Positions 9,588 to 20,860 of a stretch of DNA of 32,000 nt are shown piece by piece (position 1 is the stretch's first letter; every line of letters begins with the position of its first letter). The notes under the pieces were generated by a model. The model worked only from the letters and a program-made list of their open reading frames with translations. It ran no database searches and had not been told where the DNA came from. A program made the translations under genes and the position numbers. Source of the stretch: Longivirga aurantiaca (GTDB lineage: Bacteria; Actinomycetota; Actinomycetes; S36-B12; CAIYMF01); assembly GCF_042660085.1 (NCBI RefSeq), contig NZ_JBHSTI010000008.1, positions 150,001 through 182,000 on the forward strand. The letters run 5' to 3'.

Positions 9588-9724
9588 GGCGAGGAACGAG
9601 CCGAACGGCTCCGCAGCGAGGGGCCGGTGTGGACAGGTGAGGCGAGGAACGAGCCGAACGGCTCCGCACCGAGGGGCCGGTGTGGACAGGTGAGGCGAGG
9701 AACGAGCCGAACGGCTCCGCACCG
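9573..9724 (+). repeat. 53-bp direct tandem repeat, about 2.9 copies, spanning nuoD 3' end and nuoD-nuoE intergenic region
   Basis: Copies at 9573-9625, 9626-9678 and 9679-9724 (partial). Unit: ggtgtggacaggtgaggcgaggaacgagccgaacggctccgca(g/c)cgaggggcc. Copies 1 and 2 differ by one base (g/c). Confidence 0.95.
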
Positions 9725-9796
9725 GGATGCCAGGGTCGACCGCTGATGAAGGCGACGGGGGCACGGACAACGACGGACGAGGCGAGAGAGACGACA

Positions 9797-10474
9797 GTGG
9801 ACGCAGGACTGACGGAGCAGACCCGCGCCGATGCGGTCGAGCTCGCGGGGCGCTACCCCGAGAGCCGCTCGGCGCTGCTGCCGATGCTGCACCTCGTGCA
9901 GTCGGCCGAGGGTCGGGTCACGCCCGCAGGCATCGCGCTGTGCGCGGAGGTCCTCGACCTCACCACCGCCGAGGTGGCCGCCGTCGCGACGTTCTACACG
10001 ATGTACAAGCGGCACAAGGTGGGTCGCTACCACGTGGGCGTGTGCACCAACACGCTGTGCGCCGTGCTCGGCGGAGACGCGATCTGGACGGCGCTGTCCG
10101 AGCGTCTCGGCGTCGGCCACGACGAGGTCACCGCCGACGGCACGATCTCGCTCGAGAGGATCGAGTGCCAGGCTGCCTGCACGCACGCCCCTGTGATGAC
10201 GGCCAACTGGGAGTTCCTCGACGACATGGACGTCCCGCGCGCCCTCGAGGTCGTCGAGAGGCTCAAGGCCGGCGAGGAGGTCTTCTCCACCCGCGGACCG
10301 CGCATCGGGACGTTCGAGGAGATCGAGCGCACGCTCGCGGGCTTCGAGGACGGCCTGGTCGCCGAGGGCCGCACCGATGCCCGGATGACCGCGGGCCTGG
10401 AGTACGCCAAGGCCAACGGCATGGCCGCCCCGGCCGGGCCCGCCACCTCGCCGCTCGTGAAGACGGAGGGCTGA
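9797..10474 (+). CDS. nuoE: NADH-quinone oxidoreductase subunit E
   Basis: [72 protein letters not shown]...[15 protein letters not shown]. Start uncertain: GTG 9797 or ATG 9746; the track start at 9680 lies inside the repeat. Confidence 0.93.
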   Translation: MDAGLTEQTRADAVELAGRYPESRSALLPMLHLVQSAEGRVTPAGIALCAEVLDLTTAEVAAVATFYTMYKRHKVGRYHVGVCTNTLCAVLGGDAIWTALSERLGVGHDEVTADGTISLERIECQAACTHAPVMTANWEFLDDMDVPRALEVVERLKAGEEVFSTRGPRIGTFEEIERTLAGFEDGLVAEGRTDARMTAGLEYAKANGMAAPAGPATSPLVKTEG

Positions 10475-10477
10475 GAC

Positions 10478-11782
10478 GTGCCGCTGACCCCGATCCTCAC
10501 CGCCCACTGGGACGAGGCCGACTCGCACACCCTCGAGGGCTACCGCCGCCACGGCGGCTACGACATGGTCCCCGTGACCTTCGGCGCCCACCCCGACGAG
10601 ATCATCGCCCTCGTCAAGGAGTCGGGCCTTCGCGGCCGCGGCGGTGCGGGCTTCCCCACCGGCATGAAGTGGGGCTTCGTCCCGCAGAACGACGGCAAGC
10701 CGCACTACCTCGTGATCAACGCCGACGAGTCCGAGCCGGGTGCCTGCAAGGACATCCCGCTCATGATGGCCAACCCGCACTCCCTCGTGGAGGGCTGCAT
10801 CCACGCGTCGTACGCGATCCGCGCCAACTACGCGTTCATCTACATCCGCGGCGAGGTGCCGCACGTGATCCGCCGCGTCACCGCCGCCGTGCGCGAGGCG
10901 TACGCCGCCGGGTTCCTCGGCAAGGACATCCTCGGATCGGGCTTCGACCTCGACATCGTCGTCCACTCGGGCGCGGGCGCCTACATCTGCGGCGAGGAGA
11001 CCGCGCTCCTCGACTCGCTCGAGGGCCGCCGCGGCCAGCCGCGCCTGAAGCCGCCGTTCCCCGCGGTGGCCGGCCTGTACGCCGCGCCCACGGTCATCAA
11101 CAACGCCGAGACGATCGCCAACATCCCCACGATCGTGCGCAACGGCGCCGAGTGGTTCAAGCAGTTCGGCACCGAGAAGTCGCCGGGCTTCAAGCTGTTC
11201 GCGGTGTCGGGCCACGTCCAGCGCCCGGGCATCTACGAGGCGCCGCTCGGCACCACGATGCGCGAGCTGCTCGAGTACGCCGGCGGCATGCGCGAGGGCC
11301 ACGAGCTGAAGTTCTGGATCCCTGGCGGCTCGTCCGTGCCGATGCTGCTCCCCGAGCACCTCGACACCCCGCTGACCTACGAGGACATGGCGGGCCTCGG
11401 CACGATGCTCGGCACGGGCACCCCGATGGTCTTCGACGAGACCACGAGCGTCGTGCGGGCGATCAGCCGCTGGATCCACTTCTACAAGCACGAGTCGTGC
11501 GGCAAGTGCACGCCGTGCCGCGAGGGCACGTTCTGGCTCGACCAGATGCTCGTGCGCTTCGAGAACGGCACCGCGGCGGAGGTCGACATCGACACCGTCG
11601 ACGACATCTGCAAGCAGATCTCGGGCCGTTCGTTCTGCGCTCTCGGGGATGCGGCCGCGACGCCGTACGCCCCGGCGCTCAAGTACTTCCGCGAGGAGTT
11701 CCTCGCGGGGACCCACACCCCGGCCGACCAGCTCTTCGATCCGGTCGCCGCCACCGTCTTCGCCGGAGCTGCAGCGCGATGA
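10478..11782 (+). CDS. nuoF: NADH-quinone oxidoreductase subunit F
   Basis: ...[45 protein letters not shown]...[14 protein letters not shown]...SFCALGD. Confidence 0.98.
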   Translation: MPLTPILTAHWDEADSHTLEGYRRHGGYDMVPVTFGAHPDEIIALVKESGLRGRGGAGFPTGMKWGFVPQNDGKPHYLVINADESEPGACKDIPLMMANPHSLVEGCIHASYAIRANYAFIYIRGEVPHVIRRVTAAVREAYAAGFLGKDILGSGFDLDIVVHSGAGAYICGEETALLDSLEGRRGQPRLKPPFPAVAGLYAAPTVINNAETIANIPTIVRNGAEWFKQFGTEKSPGFKLFAVSGHVQRPGIYEAPLGTTMRELLEYAGGMREGHELKFWIPGGSSVPMLLPEHLDTPLTYEDMAGLGTMLGTGTPMVFDETTSVVRAISRWIHFYKHESCGKCTPCREGTFWLDQMLVRFENGTAAEVDIDTVDDICKQISGRSFCALGDAAATPYAPALKYFREEFLAGTHTPADQLFDPVAATVFAGAAAR

Positions 11783-14262
11783 CCGTCACCTCATCGGGGC
11801 CGAACGCTCCCGCCACCACGCCGACCGACGGTGTCACGATCACCGTCGACGGCATCGACGTCGTCGTGCCCAAGGGCACGCTCGTCATCCGCGCCGCCGA
11901 GCAGCTCGGCATCGCCGTGCCGCGCTTCTGCGACCACCCGCTGCTCGACCCGGTCGCGGCGTGCCGCATGTGCCTGGTCGAGATCGAGGGCCAGCCCAAG
12001 CCTCAGCCCGCGTGCGCCATGACGGCCACCGAGGGCATGAAGGTCAAGACCCAGGTCACGTCCGAGATCGCCGAGGAGGCGCAGCAGGGCGTGATGGAGT
12101 TCCTCCTCATCAACCACCCGCTCGACTGCCCCGTCTGCGACAAGGGCGGCGAGTGCCCGCTGCAGAACCAGGCCATGTCGGCCGGCCGCGGCGAGTCCCG
12201 CTTCGACGCCGTGAAGCGCACGTTCCCCAAGCCGATCAACGTCTCGGCGCAGATCCTGCTGGACCGCGAGCGCTGCGTCTCCTGCGCGCGCTGCACGCGC
12301 TTCGCCGAGCAGATCGCCGGCGACCCGTTCATCGACCTCCTCGAGCGCGGTGCCCAGCAGCAGGTCGGCATCTCCTCCGACCAGCCGTTCGACTCGTACT
12401 TCTCCGGCAACACCGTGCAGATCTGCCCCGTCGGTGCGCTCACGAGCGCGAAGTACCGCTTCCGCTCGCGCCCCTTCGACCTCGTCTCGACCCCGACCGT
12501 CTGCGAGCACTGCGCCTCGGGCTGCAGCCTGCGCACCGACGTGCGTCGCGAGACGATCATGCGCCGCCTGGCGTGGGACGAGCCCGCGGTGAACGAGGAG
12601 TGGAACTGCGACAAGGGCCGCTTCGCGTTCGGGCACCTGCAGGACGGCCGCATCGAGCACCCGCTCGTCCGTGAGGCCGACGGCATCCTCGTCACCGCGT
12701 CCTGGCCCGAGGCCATCACGATCGCCGCCGAGGGCCTGCGTGCCGCAGGTGCCGCGACGGCGGTGCTGCCCGGTGGCCGGCTCACCGTCGAGGACGCCTA
12801 CGCCTGGGCGAAGTTCGCCCGCGTCGCCCTCGGCACCGACGACATCGACTTCCGTGCGCGTCCGGCGTCCGCCGAGGAGTCCGCGTTCCTCGCCGCCGTG
12901 GTGGCCGGTCGTCCGACGGGTCCGACGTACGCCGACCTCGAGGCTGCTCCGGTCGTCGTGCTCGCCGGGCTCGACGCCGAGGACGAGTCTCCGATGGTCT
13001 TCCTGCGCCTGCGCAAGGCTGCGCGCACCCAGGGCGTGCAGGTCTTCTCGGTCGCCCCGTTCGCCTCGGCCGGTGTCACCAAGGCCAAGGGCAAGGTGCT
13101 CGCGACCGCGCCGGGCGCCGAGGCGGCCACGCTCGACTCGCTCGCCGACGAGGCAGGGCAGAGCGGCGACCTCGCTGCCGCTGCCGCACTGCTGCGCCAG
13201 CCGGGCGCCGTCGTCCTGGTGGGCGAGCGCCTCGCGCAGTCCGCAGGTGCGCTGTCCGCCGCCGCCCGGCTCGTCGCGGCCACCGGCGCCTCGCTCGGCT
13301 GGGTCCCGCGCCGTGCGGGCGAGCGCGGTGCGCTCGACGCCGGTGCCCTCACCGGCCTGCTGCCGGGTGGCCGTCCGCTCGCGAACGACACCGCGCGTGC
13401 CCAGGTGGCAGCGGTCTGGGGCGTCGACCCCGCATCGCTCCCCACCGAGACCGGCCGTTCGCTGGCCGAGGTCGTCGAGGCGGTCACCGCCGACCGCGAC
13501 GCCCTTTCTGCAGCCTCCGACCCGTCCGAGGTCGACCGCTCCGTGAAGGCGCTGCTGGTGGGCGGCGTCGAGGCCGCCGACCTCGCCGACCCCGCAGGCT
13601 TCCTCGCCGCCGTCGAGTCGGTGCCGTTCGTGGTGTCGCTCGAGCAGCGGCACTCGGAGGTCACCGCCCTCGCCGACGTCGTCCTCCCGGTCGGTACCGC
13701 CGCCGAGAAGGCAGGCACCTACCTCGACTGGGAGGGGCGTCCGCGCCAGTTCGCCCGCGTGTTCACCTCCTCGCTCGCGCTGTCCGACGCCCGCGTCCTC
13801 GCGATGCTCGCCGACGAGGCCGACATCGACTTCGGCCGCGGCGACGTCGCGGCGCTGCGCGCCGAGATCGCCGCGATCGGCGCCTGGGACGGCGAGCGCG
13901 CCGAGGCCCCGAGCGTGGCACCCGCCGCGACGCCCGAGGTGGGCGACGGCGAGGCCGTCCTCGCCACCTGGCGCCAGCTCCTCGACCACGGACTCCTGCA
14001 GGAGGGCGACCCCTACCTGCAGGCGACCGCGCGCACCGCGGTGGCACGCGTGTCGCAAGCGACGGCCGAGCGCGTCGGCGCCGTCGACGGGGGCGGGCTC
14101 ACGGTGTCGACCGACTCCGGCTCGCTCACCCTTCCCGTGGTGGTCACCGCGATGCCGGACGGCGTCGTCTGGCTCCCGGCCAACTCCGACGGGTCCACGC
14201 CGCGCGCCACCCTCGGCGCCGGCCATGGCGATGTCGTGCGCATCGCAGGAGGTGCGGCGTGA
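11779..14262 (+). CDS. nuoG: NADH-quinone oxidoreductase subunit G
   Basis: ATG at 11779 overlaps the nuoF stop; [72 protein letters not shown]. Confidence 0.96.
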   Translation: MTVTSSGPNAPATTPTDGVTITVDGIDVVVPKGTLVIRAAEQLGIAVPRFCDHPLLDPVAACRMCLVEIEGQPKPQPACAMTATEGMKVKTQVTSEIAEEAQQGVMEFLLINHPLDCPVCDKGGECPLQNQAMSAGRGESRFDAVKRTFPKPINVSAQILLDRERCVSCARCTRFAEQIAGDPFIDLLERGAQQQVGISSDQPFDSYFSGNTVQICPVGALTSAKYRFRSRPFDLVSTPTVCEHCASGCSLRTDVRRETIMRRLAWDEPAVNEEWNCDKGRFAFGHLQDGRIEHPLVREADGILVTASWPEAITIAAEGLRAAGAATAVLPGGRLTVEDAYAWAKFARVALGTDDIDFRARPASAEESAFLAAVVAGRPTGPTYADLEAAPVVVLAGLDAEDESPMVFLRLRKAARTQGVQVFSVAPFASAGVTKAKGKVLATAPGAEAATLDSLADEAGQSGDLAAAAALLRQPGAVVLVGERLAQSAGALSAAARLVAATGASLGWVPRRAGERGALDAGALTGLLPGGRPLANDTARAQVAAVWGVDPASLPTETGRSLAEVVEAVTADRDALSAASDPSEVDRSVKALLVGGVEAADLADPAGFLAAVESVPFVVSLEQRHSEVTALADVVLPVGTAAEKAGTYLDWEGRPRQFARVFTSSLALSDARVLAMLADEADIDFGRGDVAALRAEIAAIGAWDGERAEAPSVAPAATPEVGDGEAVLATWRQLLDHGLLQEGDPYLQATARTAVARVSQATAERVGAVDGGGLTVSTDSGSLTLPVVVTAMPDGVVWLPANSDGSTPRATLGAGHGDVVRIAGGAA

Positions 14263-15638
14263 ACGCTCTGGCTGCGGCAGCGGGCGACCTGTCCATCTTC
14301 GGGCAGGACCCGTTCTGGCTCACCCTCATCAAGTGCCTGGTCGTCTTCCTCGCGCTGATCCTGCTCACGCTCTTCACGACGTGGTTCGAGCGCAAGGTCG
14401 TCGCGCGCATGCAGCAGCGCTCCGGCCCGAACCGCTGGGGCCCCTTCGGCCTTCTGACGCCGATCTACGACGGCATCAAGCTCGCCCTCAAGGAGGGCAT
14501 CACCCCGGCGAACTCCGACAAGCTCGTCTACCTGATCGCACCGGCGATCTCGGCCATCTCGGCGTTCCTGGTGTTCGCGGTGATCCCGGTCGGGCCGGTC
14601 GTGTCGATCTTCGGAGTCGAGACCCCGCTGCAGCTCACCGACTTCCCCGTGTCGGTGCTCTACGTCCTGGCGATCGCCTCGATCGGCATCTACGGCATCG
14701 TGCTCGCCGGTTGGTCGTCGGGCTCGACGTACTCCCTCCTCGGCGGCCTGCGCTCGAGCGCCCAGATGATCTCGTACGAGATCGCGATGGGCCTGTCGTT
14801 CGTGGCGGTGTTCCTCTACTCGAGCTCCGCGTCGACCTCGCAGATCGTGGCCAAGCAGGCCGAGACGTTCTCCCTCGGCGGCCTCGAGCTCAACAGCTGG
14901 TTCGCGCTGCTGCTGCCGGTGTCGTTCGTGATCTACCTGATCGCGATGGTGGGCGAGACCAACCGCGCTCCGTTCGACCTCCCCGAGGCCGAGGGCGAGC
15001 TCGTCGCCGGGTACTTCACCGAGTACTCCGGTCTGCGCTGGGCGTCGTTCTACCTCGCCGAGTACATCAACATGATCAACGTGTCGGCCGTGGCCACCAC
15101 GCTGTTCCTCGGCGGCTGGGCGATGCCCGCACCGATCTCCACCATCTGGCCCGGCGCCAACGAGGGCTGGTGGCCGGTCCTGTGGTTCGTCCTCAAGATC
15201 TACGCGATGCTCTTCGTGTTCGTCTGGCTCCGCGGCACGCTGCCGCGCCTGCGCTACGACCAGTTCATGAAGTTCGGCTGGCGCGTGCTGATCCCCGTGT
15301 CGATCGTGTGGATCCTGCTCGTGGCCTCGGTCCGCGCCCTCACGAACCAGTCCGACTTCGAGCTGCGTCCGTTCCTCCTCTGGGGCGGACTCATCCTCGC
15401 GGTGGTGGCGGTGTTCGCGTTCGTCCTCGACGTGCGAGGCGGCTCGAAGACGGACGACGACGCCGAGCCCGAACCGTTCGACCCGTTCGCGGGCGGTCAC
15501 CCCGTCCCGCCCCTGCCCGGTCAGGAGCTCATCGTGACCCGTCGCGCCAAGGCGACCGTCACCACAGCCGTCACCGCCCGGGACTCCACGTCCCAGGCTG
15601 ATGCCGGCACCGAGGGGGAGGAGAGCGCCCATGAGTGA
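14259..15638 (+). CDS. nuoH: NADH-quinone oxidoreductase subunit H
   Basis: [39 protein letters not shown]...[32 protein letters not shown]. Confidence 0.97.
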   Translation: MNALAAAAGDLSIFGQDPFWLTLIKCLVVFLALILLTLFTTWFERKVVARMQQRSGPNRWGPFGLLTPIYDGIKLALKEGITPANSDKLVYLIAPAISAISAFLVFAVIPVGPVVSIFGVETPLQLTDFPVSVLYVLAIASIGIYGIVLAGWSSGSTYSLLGGLRSSAQMISYEIAMGLSFVAVFLYSSSASTSQIVAKQAETFSLGGLELNSWFALLLPVSFVIYLIAMVGETNRAPFDLPEAEGELVAGYFTEYSGLRWASFYLAEYINMINVSAVATTLFLGGWAMPAPISTIWPGANEGWWPVLWFVLKIYAMLFVFVWLRGTLPRLRYDQFMKFGWRVLIPVSIVWILLVASVRALTNQSDFELRPFLLWGGLILAVVAVFAFVLDVRGGSKTDDDAEPEPFDPFAGGHPVPPLPGQELIVTRRAKATVTTAVTARDSTSQADAGTEGEESAHE

Positions 15639-16224
15639 CGAGCGCCGGTTCTTCCGCGGGTTCGGTGTGCCGTTCACCCAGATGTTCAAGCGGGTGGTCA
15701 CCGAGCAGTACCCGGACGTCAAGACGCCGGTCCGCCCGCGCTACCACGGCCGCCACCAGCTCAACCGTCATCCCGACGGCCTCGAGAAGTGCGTCGGCTG
15801 CGAGCTGTGCGCGTGGGCCTGCCCCGCGGACGCGATCTACGTCGAGGGCGCGGACAACACCGAGTCCGAGCGCTTCAGCCCCGGCGAGCGCTACGGCCGC
15901 GTCTACCAGATCAACTACCTGCGCTGCATCTTCTGCGGCCTGTGCATCGAGGCGTGCCCGACCCGCGCGCTCACGATGACCAACGAGTACGAGCTCGCCG
16001 ACGACAACCGCCAGGACCTCATCTACGAGAAGAAGGACCTGCTGGGCCCGCTCCTCCCCGGGATGGCGGCGCCGCCGCACGCGATGGTGCCGGGGACGAC
16101 CGAGACCGACTACTACCTCGGCAAGGTCACGGGTGCTGTCGCGGTGCAGATCGGCGAGGTCGAGGCCCGCCGCGCCGGCACCTGGACCGGTCCCGCGGCC
16201 GACGACGAAGAGGTGACCGCATGA
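15631..16224 (+). CDS. nuoI: NADH-quinone oxidoreductase subunit I
   Basis: [29 protein letters not shown]...[19 protein letters not shown]...[31 protein letters not shown]. Confidence 0.97.
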   Translation: MSDERRFFRGFGVPFTQMFKRVVTEQYPDVKTPVRPRYHGRHQLNRHPDGLEKCVGCELCAWACPADAIYVEGADNTESERFSPGERYGRVYQINYLRCIFCGLCIEACPTRALTMTNEYELADDNRQDLIYEKKDLLGPLLPGMAAPPHAMVPGTTETDYYLGKVTGAVAVQIGEVEARRAGTWTGPAADDEEVTA

Positions 16225-17075
16225 CCTCGCTCCTCTCGGCCGTCGAGACCACCGGCAACACCGGCGAGCAGATCGTGTTCTGGATCTGCGCGTTCGTGGC
16301 TGTCGCCGGCGCGCTCGGCATGCTGCTGTCGAAGAAGGCGGTGCACAGCGCGCTGTCGATCGCCGCGACGATGATCAGCCTGGCCGTCCTCTACGTCGCT
16401 CTCGAGGGCCCGTTCCTCGGCATGGTGCAGATCATCGTCTACACCGGCGCCGTCATGATGCTGTTCCTCTTCGTGCTCATGATCGTCGGCGTCGACTCCA
16501 ACGACTCGCTCGTGGAGACGATCAAGGGTCAGCGCGCGGCTGCGGTGCTCTTCGCGCTGGGCTTCGCCGGCCTGCTCGTCACGGGCGTCGGCTCGGCCAT
16601 GGTCTCGGACGCGCAGGGCCTCGGCGTCGCCAACACGGTCGACGGCGGCAACGTCCAGGGCATCGCGCGGCTGATCTTCGGCCGCTACGTCCTCGCCTTC
16701 GAGGTCACCTCGGCGCTGCTCATCACCGCAGCCCTCGGCGCGATGGTGCTCGCCCACCGCGAGCGCGCCACGCCGCGCAAGACCCAGGCCGAGCTGGCGG
16801 CCGAGCGCGTGCGCTCCGGCCACGCCCAGAACCTCCCCGGCCCCGGCGTCTACGCCCGCCACAACGCGGTCGGCACCCCGGCGCTGCTGCCCGACGGCAC
16901 GCCCACCGACCGCTCGGTGCCCGAGCCGCTGCGCGGCGTGAGCGAGCGGGTCGGCGTCGACCACGCGGACACGCGCCGCGTCAACGCGCTCGCCCAGGGC
17001 GGCGCGGTCGGCGAGGACCCCGAGCACCCGCTCGGTGCCGAGGACATCGCCCACGAGGAAGGCGGTCACCGATGA
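16221..17075 (+). CDS. nuoJ: NADH-quinone oxidoreductase subunit J
   Basis: ATG at 16221; [63 protein letters not shown]. Confidence 0.95.
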   Translation: MTSLLSAVETTGNTGEQIVFWICAFVAVAGALGMLLSKKAVHSALSIAATMISLAVLYVALEGPFLGMVQIIVYTGAVMMLFLFVLMIVGVDSNDSLVETIKGQRAAAVLFALGFAGLLVTGVGSAMVSDAQGLGVANTVDGGNVQGIARLIFGRYVLAFEVTSALLITAALGAMVLAHRERATPRKTQAELAAERVRSGHAQNLPGPGVYARHNAVGTPALLPDGTPTDRSVPEPLRGVSERVGVDHADTRRVNALAQGGAVGEDPEHPLGAEDIAHEEGGHR

Positions 17076-17371
17076 ACCCGTCGAACTACCTCTACCTCTC
17101 GGCGATCCTGTTCAGCATCGGTGCGCTCGGCGTGCTGGTGCGACGCAACGCGATCGTGGTGTTCATGTGCGTCGAGCTCATGCTCAACGCGTCGAACCTC
17201 GCGTTCGTCTCGTTCGCCCGGGTCCACGGCAACCTCGACGGCCAGGTCATCGCGTTCTTCGTGATGGTGGTCGCGGCAGCCGAGGTCGTGATCGGTCTCG
17301 CGATCATCATGACGATCTTCCGTACCCGCCGGTCGGCCTCGGTCGACGAAGCCAACCTGCTGAAGTACTAA
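17072..17371 (+). CDS. nuoK: NADH-quinone oxidoreductase subunit K
   Basis: 99 aa; [39 protein letters not shown]...[21 protein letters not shown]. Confidence 0.97.
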   Translation: MNPSNYLYLSAILFSIGALGVLVRRNAIVVFMCVELMLNASNLAFVSFARVHGNLDGQVIAFFVMVVAAAEVVIGLAIIMTIFRTRRSASVDEANLLKY

Positions 17372-17384
17372 GGGGTCTGACGTC

Positions 17385-19316
17385 GTGTCACCGTTCTCGG
17401 GCGGGCTCGCCACCGTCGCCGAGGTCGCCACAGCGACCGAGGCGAGCGGGGTGTTCGCGCTGACCTGGCTGCTCGTCGGGCTGCCGTTGCTGGGAGCCGC
17501 CGTGCTCCTGCTCGGCGGTCGGCGCACCGACCGCTGGGGCCACTGGCTCGGCGTGCTCATGTCCGGCGGCTCGTTCGTCGTCGCCGTCCTCATCTTCTTC
17601 GGCATGCTCGGCCGGAGCCCGGAGGACCGCACGATCACCCAGCACCTCTTCGACTGGATCGCGGTCGGCACGTTCAACGTGCCGTTCGACCTGCGTGTCG
17701 ACCAGCTGTCGATGACCTTCGTGCTGCTGATCACCGGGGTCGGCACGTTGATCCACATCTACTCCGTCGGCTACATGAGCCACGACCACGACCGTCGTCG
17801 CTTCTTCGCCTACCTCAACCTGTTCGTCGCGTCGATGCTCCTGCTCGTCCTCGCGAACAACTACCTCCTCCTCTACGTCGGGTGGGAGGGCGTCGGTCTC
17901 GCGTCGTACCTGCTGATCGGCTTCTGGTTCTACAAGGACTCCGCGGCCGTCGCGTCGAAGAAGGCCTTCGTCGTCAACCGCGTCGGCGACGTCGGCCTGT
18001 CGCTCGCCGTGATGCTGATGTTCGTCACCTTCGGATCGGTCACGTTCGACGGCGTCCTCACCAACGCGGCGAGCGCGAGCGAGTCGCAGCTGACCTGGAT
18101 CGGCCTCGCCCTCCTGCTCGCGGCGTGCGGCAAGTCGGCGCAGTTCCCGCTGCAGTCGTGGCTGCTCGACGCGATGGAGGGCCCGACCCCGGTCTCGGCC
18201 CTCATCCACGCGGCGACGATGGTCACCGCCGGCGTCTACCTGATCGCGCGCTCGAACGCGATCTTCGACGCCGCCCCGACCGCGCAGACCGCCGTGGTGA
18301 TCATCGGTGCGATCACGCTCCTCATGGGTGCGGTGATCGGGTCGGCGAAGGACGACATCAAGAAGGCCCTCGCCGGATCGACGATGAGCCAGATCGGCTA
18401 CATGGTGCTGGCCGCGGGTCTCGGCCCGGTCGGCTACGTGTTCGCGATCTTCCACCTGCTCACGCACGGCTTCTTCAAGGCCACGATGTTCCTCGGTGCG
18501 GGCTCGGTCATGCACGGCATGAACGACAACGTGAACATGCGCAGGTACGGCGGGCTCCGTGCGGTCATGGTGGTCACCTGGATCACGTTCATGGCCGGCT
18601 ACCTCGCCATCCTCGGCATCCCGCCGTTCGCAGGCTTCTTCTCCAAGGACAAGATCATCGAGGCGGCGTTCTCCGCGAACACGCTCACGGGCCTGGTCAC
18701 GCTGCTCGGCGCGGGCATCACGGCGTTCTACATGACCCGCCTCGTGGCGATGACCTTCTTCGGGAAGGCCCGCTGGGAGGACGACGCGCACCCGCACGAG
18801 TCGCCCGGCATCATGACCGGCCCGATCGCGGTGCTGGCGTTCCTCTCGACCGTCGGCGGCTTCCTGCTCGCCTTCAACAACACGATCGAGCACTGGCTCG
18901 AGCCGGTGCTGCCGTTCGAGGAGCCCGTCCTCCCGGTGCCGATCGCGGTCCTCACGTTCGTGACGCTCGCCGTGGTGGTCGTCGGCGCCGTGCTCGGCTG
19001 GGTGCTCTACGCCCGCCGGTCCGTCCCGGTCGTGGCGCCCGCGGGCAACGTGCTGACACGCGCCGCCCGCGCCGACCTCTACGGCGACGCGTTCAACGAG
19101 GCGGTGTTCATGCGCCCGGGCCAGTACCTCACCCGGTGGCTGGTCTGGTTCGACAACCGCGTGGTCGACGGCGTCGTCAACGGCGTCGCGGCGACGATCG
19201 GCGGTCTCTCCGGCCGGTCGAGGCGCCTGCAGACGGGCTTCACGCGCTCGTACGCGCTGTCCATGCTCGGCGGTGCCGCTCTCGTGGTCTTCGCCCTCGT
19301 CCTGGTGAGGCTGTAG
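17385..19316 (+). CDS. nuoL: NADH-quinone oxidoreductase subunit L
   Basis: 643 aa antiporter-like subunit; ...[19 protein letters not shown]...[41 protein letters not shown]. Confidence 0.97.
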   Translation: MSPFSGGLATVAEVATATEASGVFALTWLLVGLPLLGAAVLLLGGRRTDRWGHWLGVLMSGGSFVVAVLIFFGMLGRSPEDRTITQHLFDWIAVGTFNVPFDLRVDQLSMTFVLLITGVGTLIHIYSVGYMSHDHDRRRFFAYLNLFVASMLLLVLANNYLLLYVGWEGVGLASYLLIGFWFYKDSAAVASKKAFVVNRVGDVGLSLAVMLMFVTFGSVTFDGVLTNAASASESQLTWIGLALLLAACGKSAQFPLQSWLLDAMEGPTPVSALIHAATMVTAGVYLIARSNAIFDAAPTAQTAVVIIGAITLLMGAVIGSAKDDIKKALAGSTMSQIGYMVLAAGLGPVGYVFAIFHLLTHGFFKATMFLGAGSVMHGMNDNVNMRRYGGLRAVMVVTWITFMAGYLAILGIPPFAGFFSKDKIIEAAFSANTLTGLVTLLGAGITAFYMTRLVAMTFFGKARWEDDAHPHESPGIMTGPIAVLAFLSTVGGFLLAFNNTIEHWLEPVLPFEEPVLPVPIAVLTFVTLAVVVVGAVLGWVLYARRSVPVVAPAGNVLTRAARADLYGDAFNEAVFMRPGQYLTRWLVWFDNRVVDGVVNGVAATIGGLSGRSRRLQTGFTRSYALSMLGGAALVVFALVLVRL

Positions 19317-19318
19317 CC

Positions 19319-20860
19319 ATGACCTTCAACTGGCTCCTCGTGCTGTTCCTCGCGCCGCTCGTCGGCGCGGCGGTGGTCATGCTGCTCCCCAGGAGCAACC
19401 CCACGCTGGCCAAGCAGGTCGGCATCGGGTTCTCGCTGCTGACGTTCCTCATCACGATCGCGGCCGCGCTGAAGTTCGACGCCTCCATGGCGGCCGACTT
19501 CCAGCTCGGGTTCTCGTACTCCTGGATCCCGTCGTTCGGTGTGAACTTCGCGATGGGCCTCGACGGCATCGCGCTCGTGCTCGTCGCGCTCTCCACCTGC
19601 CTCGTCCCCGTGGTGCTGCTCGCCGGCTGGGACGACGCCGACGGAGCCCGCGGCTCGGTCAAGGGCTACGTCGCGCTGATCCTGGTGCTCGAGGCGGCGA
19701 TGATCGGTGTCTTCGCAGCCACCGACGTCTTCCTGTTCTACGTGTTCTTCGAGGCCATGCTCGTGCCGGTCTACTTCCTGATCGGCCGGTACGGCGGCCC
19801 GCGCCGCAACTACGCCGCGGTGAAGTTCCTGCTGTACAGCCTCTTCGGCGGCCTGCTCATGCTGGCCTCGCTGATCGGCCTGTACGTCGTGTCCGCCGAG
19901 CAGCTCGGCACCGGCACCTTCGACTTCACGGCGCTCGCCGGCCTCACGATCGACCCGGACACGCAGAAGTGGCTGTTCGTCGGCTTCTTCATCGCGTTCG
20001 CGATCAAGGCCCCGCTCGTGCCGTTCCACACCTGGCTGCCGGACGCTGCTGCGGAGTCGACCCCGGGCACCGCGGTGCTCCTCGTCGGCGTGCTCGACAA
20101 GGTCGGCACGTTCGGCATGCTGCGCTACTGCCTCGAGCTGTTCCCCGAGGCGTCCACCTGGGCGACGCCGCTCGTCATCGCGCTCGCGGTGATCGGCATC
20201 ATCTACGGCGCGCTCCTCGCCATCGGCCAGCAGGACATCAAGCGCCTCATCGCCTACACGTCGGTGTCGCACTTCGGCTTCATCGCGCTCGGCATCTTCG
20301 TCATGACCTCGCGCGGCCAGAGCGGCTCGGCGCTGTACATGGTCAACCACGGGTTCTCGACGGCGGCGCTCTTCCTCATCGGCGGCTTCCTCATCAGCCG
20401 CCGCGGCTCGCGCCTCATCGACGACTTCGGCGGCGTCCAGAAGGTGGCCCCCGTCCTCGCGGGCACCTTCCTCGTCGCGGGCCTGTCGTCGCTGGCGCTC
20501 CCCGGCCTGTCGAGCTTCGTGAGCGAGTTCCTGGTGCTGCAGGGCACGTTCGAGCGCTACCCGTGGATCGGCGTCGTGGCCACTCTCGGCATCGTGCTCG
20601 CCGCGCTCTACATCCTGCTCATGTACCAGCGGACGATGACGGGCGAGCCGCCCGAGATCGTCAAGGAGAGGGTCGGCGACCTGCGGGGCCGTGAGGTCGT
20701 CGCGATCGCCCCGCTGCTGGTCGTCATCGTCGCGCTGGGCTTCTACCCGAAGCCCGTGCTCGACGTCATCAATCCGGCTGTCGACCGCGTGATGATCGCC
20801 GTCGACGCCACCGACCCGGCGCCCCTGGTGGCACCGGTCGCAGAAGGGGCACAGCCGTGA
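19319..20860 (+). CDS. nuoM: NADH-quinone oxidoreductase subunit M
   Basis: ATG at 19319: MTFNWLLVLFLAPLVGAAVVMLLPRSN...YVFFEAMLVPVYFLIGRYGGPRRNYAAVKFLLYSLFGGLLML...FHTWLPDAAAESTPG. Confidence 0.97.
   Translation: MTFNWLLVLFLAPLVGAAVVMLLPRSNPTLAKQVGIGFSLLTFLITIAAALKFDASMAADFQLGFSYSWIPSFGVNFAMGLDGIALVLVALSTCLVPVVLLAGWDDADGARGSVKGYVALILVLEAAMIGVFAATDVFLFYVFFEAMLVPVYFLIGRYGGPRRNYAAVKFLLYSLFGGLLMLASLIGLYVVSAEQLGTGTFDFTALAGLTIDPDTQKWLFVGFFIAFAIKAPLVPFHTWLPDAAAESTPGTAVLLVGVLDKVGTFGMLRYCLELFPEASTWATPLVIALAVIGIIYGALLAIGQQDIKRLIAYTSVSHFGFIALGIFVMTSRGQSGSALYMVNHGFSTAALFLIGGFLISRRGSRLIDDFGGVQKVAPVLAGTFLVAGLSSLALPGLSSFVSEFLVLQGTFERYPWIGVVATLGIVLAALYILLMYQRTMTGEPPEIVKERVGDLRGREVVAIAPLLVVIVALGFYPKPVLDVINPAVDRVMIAVDATDPAPLVAPVAEGAQP

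Noticed and set aside
9573-9724. Possible CRISPR-like array
   Set aside because: The copies are directly adjacent with no unique spacers, only about 3 units, and no cas genes are nearby. It is a simple tandem duplication.
9248-11716. 822-aa antisense ORF over nuoD-nuoF
   Set aside because: Shadow of codon-biased sense genes; no recognisable domain.
11791-14226. 811-aa antisense ORF over nuoG
   Set aside because: Same GC-driven artefact; sense frame is unambiguous NuoG.
17388-18893. 501-aa antisense ORF over nuoL and the long + ORF 17882..20860 upstream of nuoM
   Set aside because: The first is a shadow ORF. The second only becomes real at ATG 19319 (NuoM); the upstream portion is an out-of-frame reading of nuoL.
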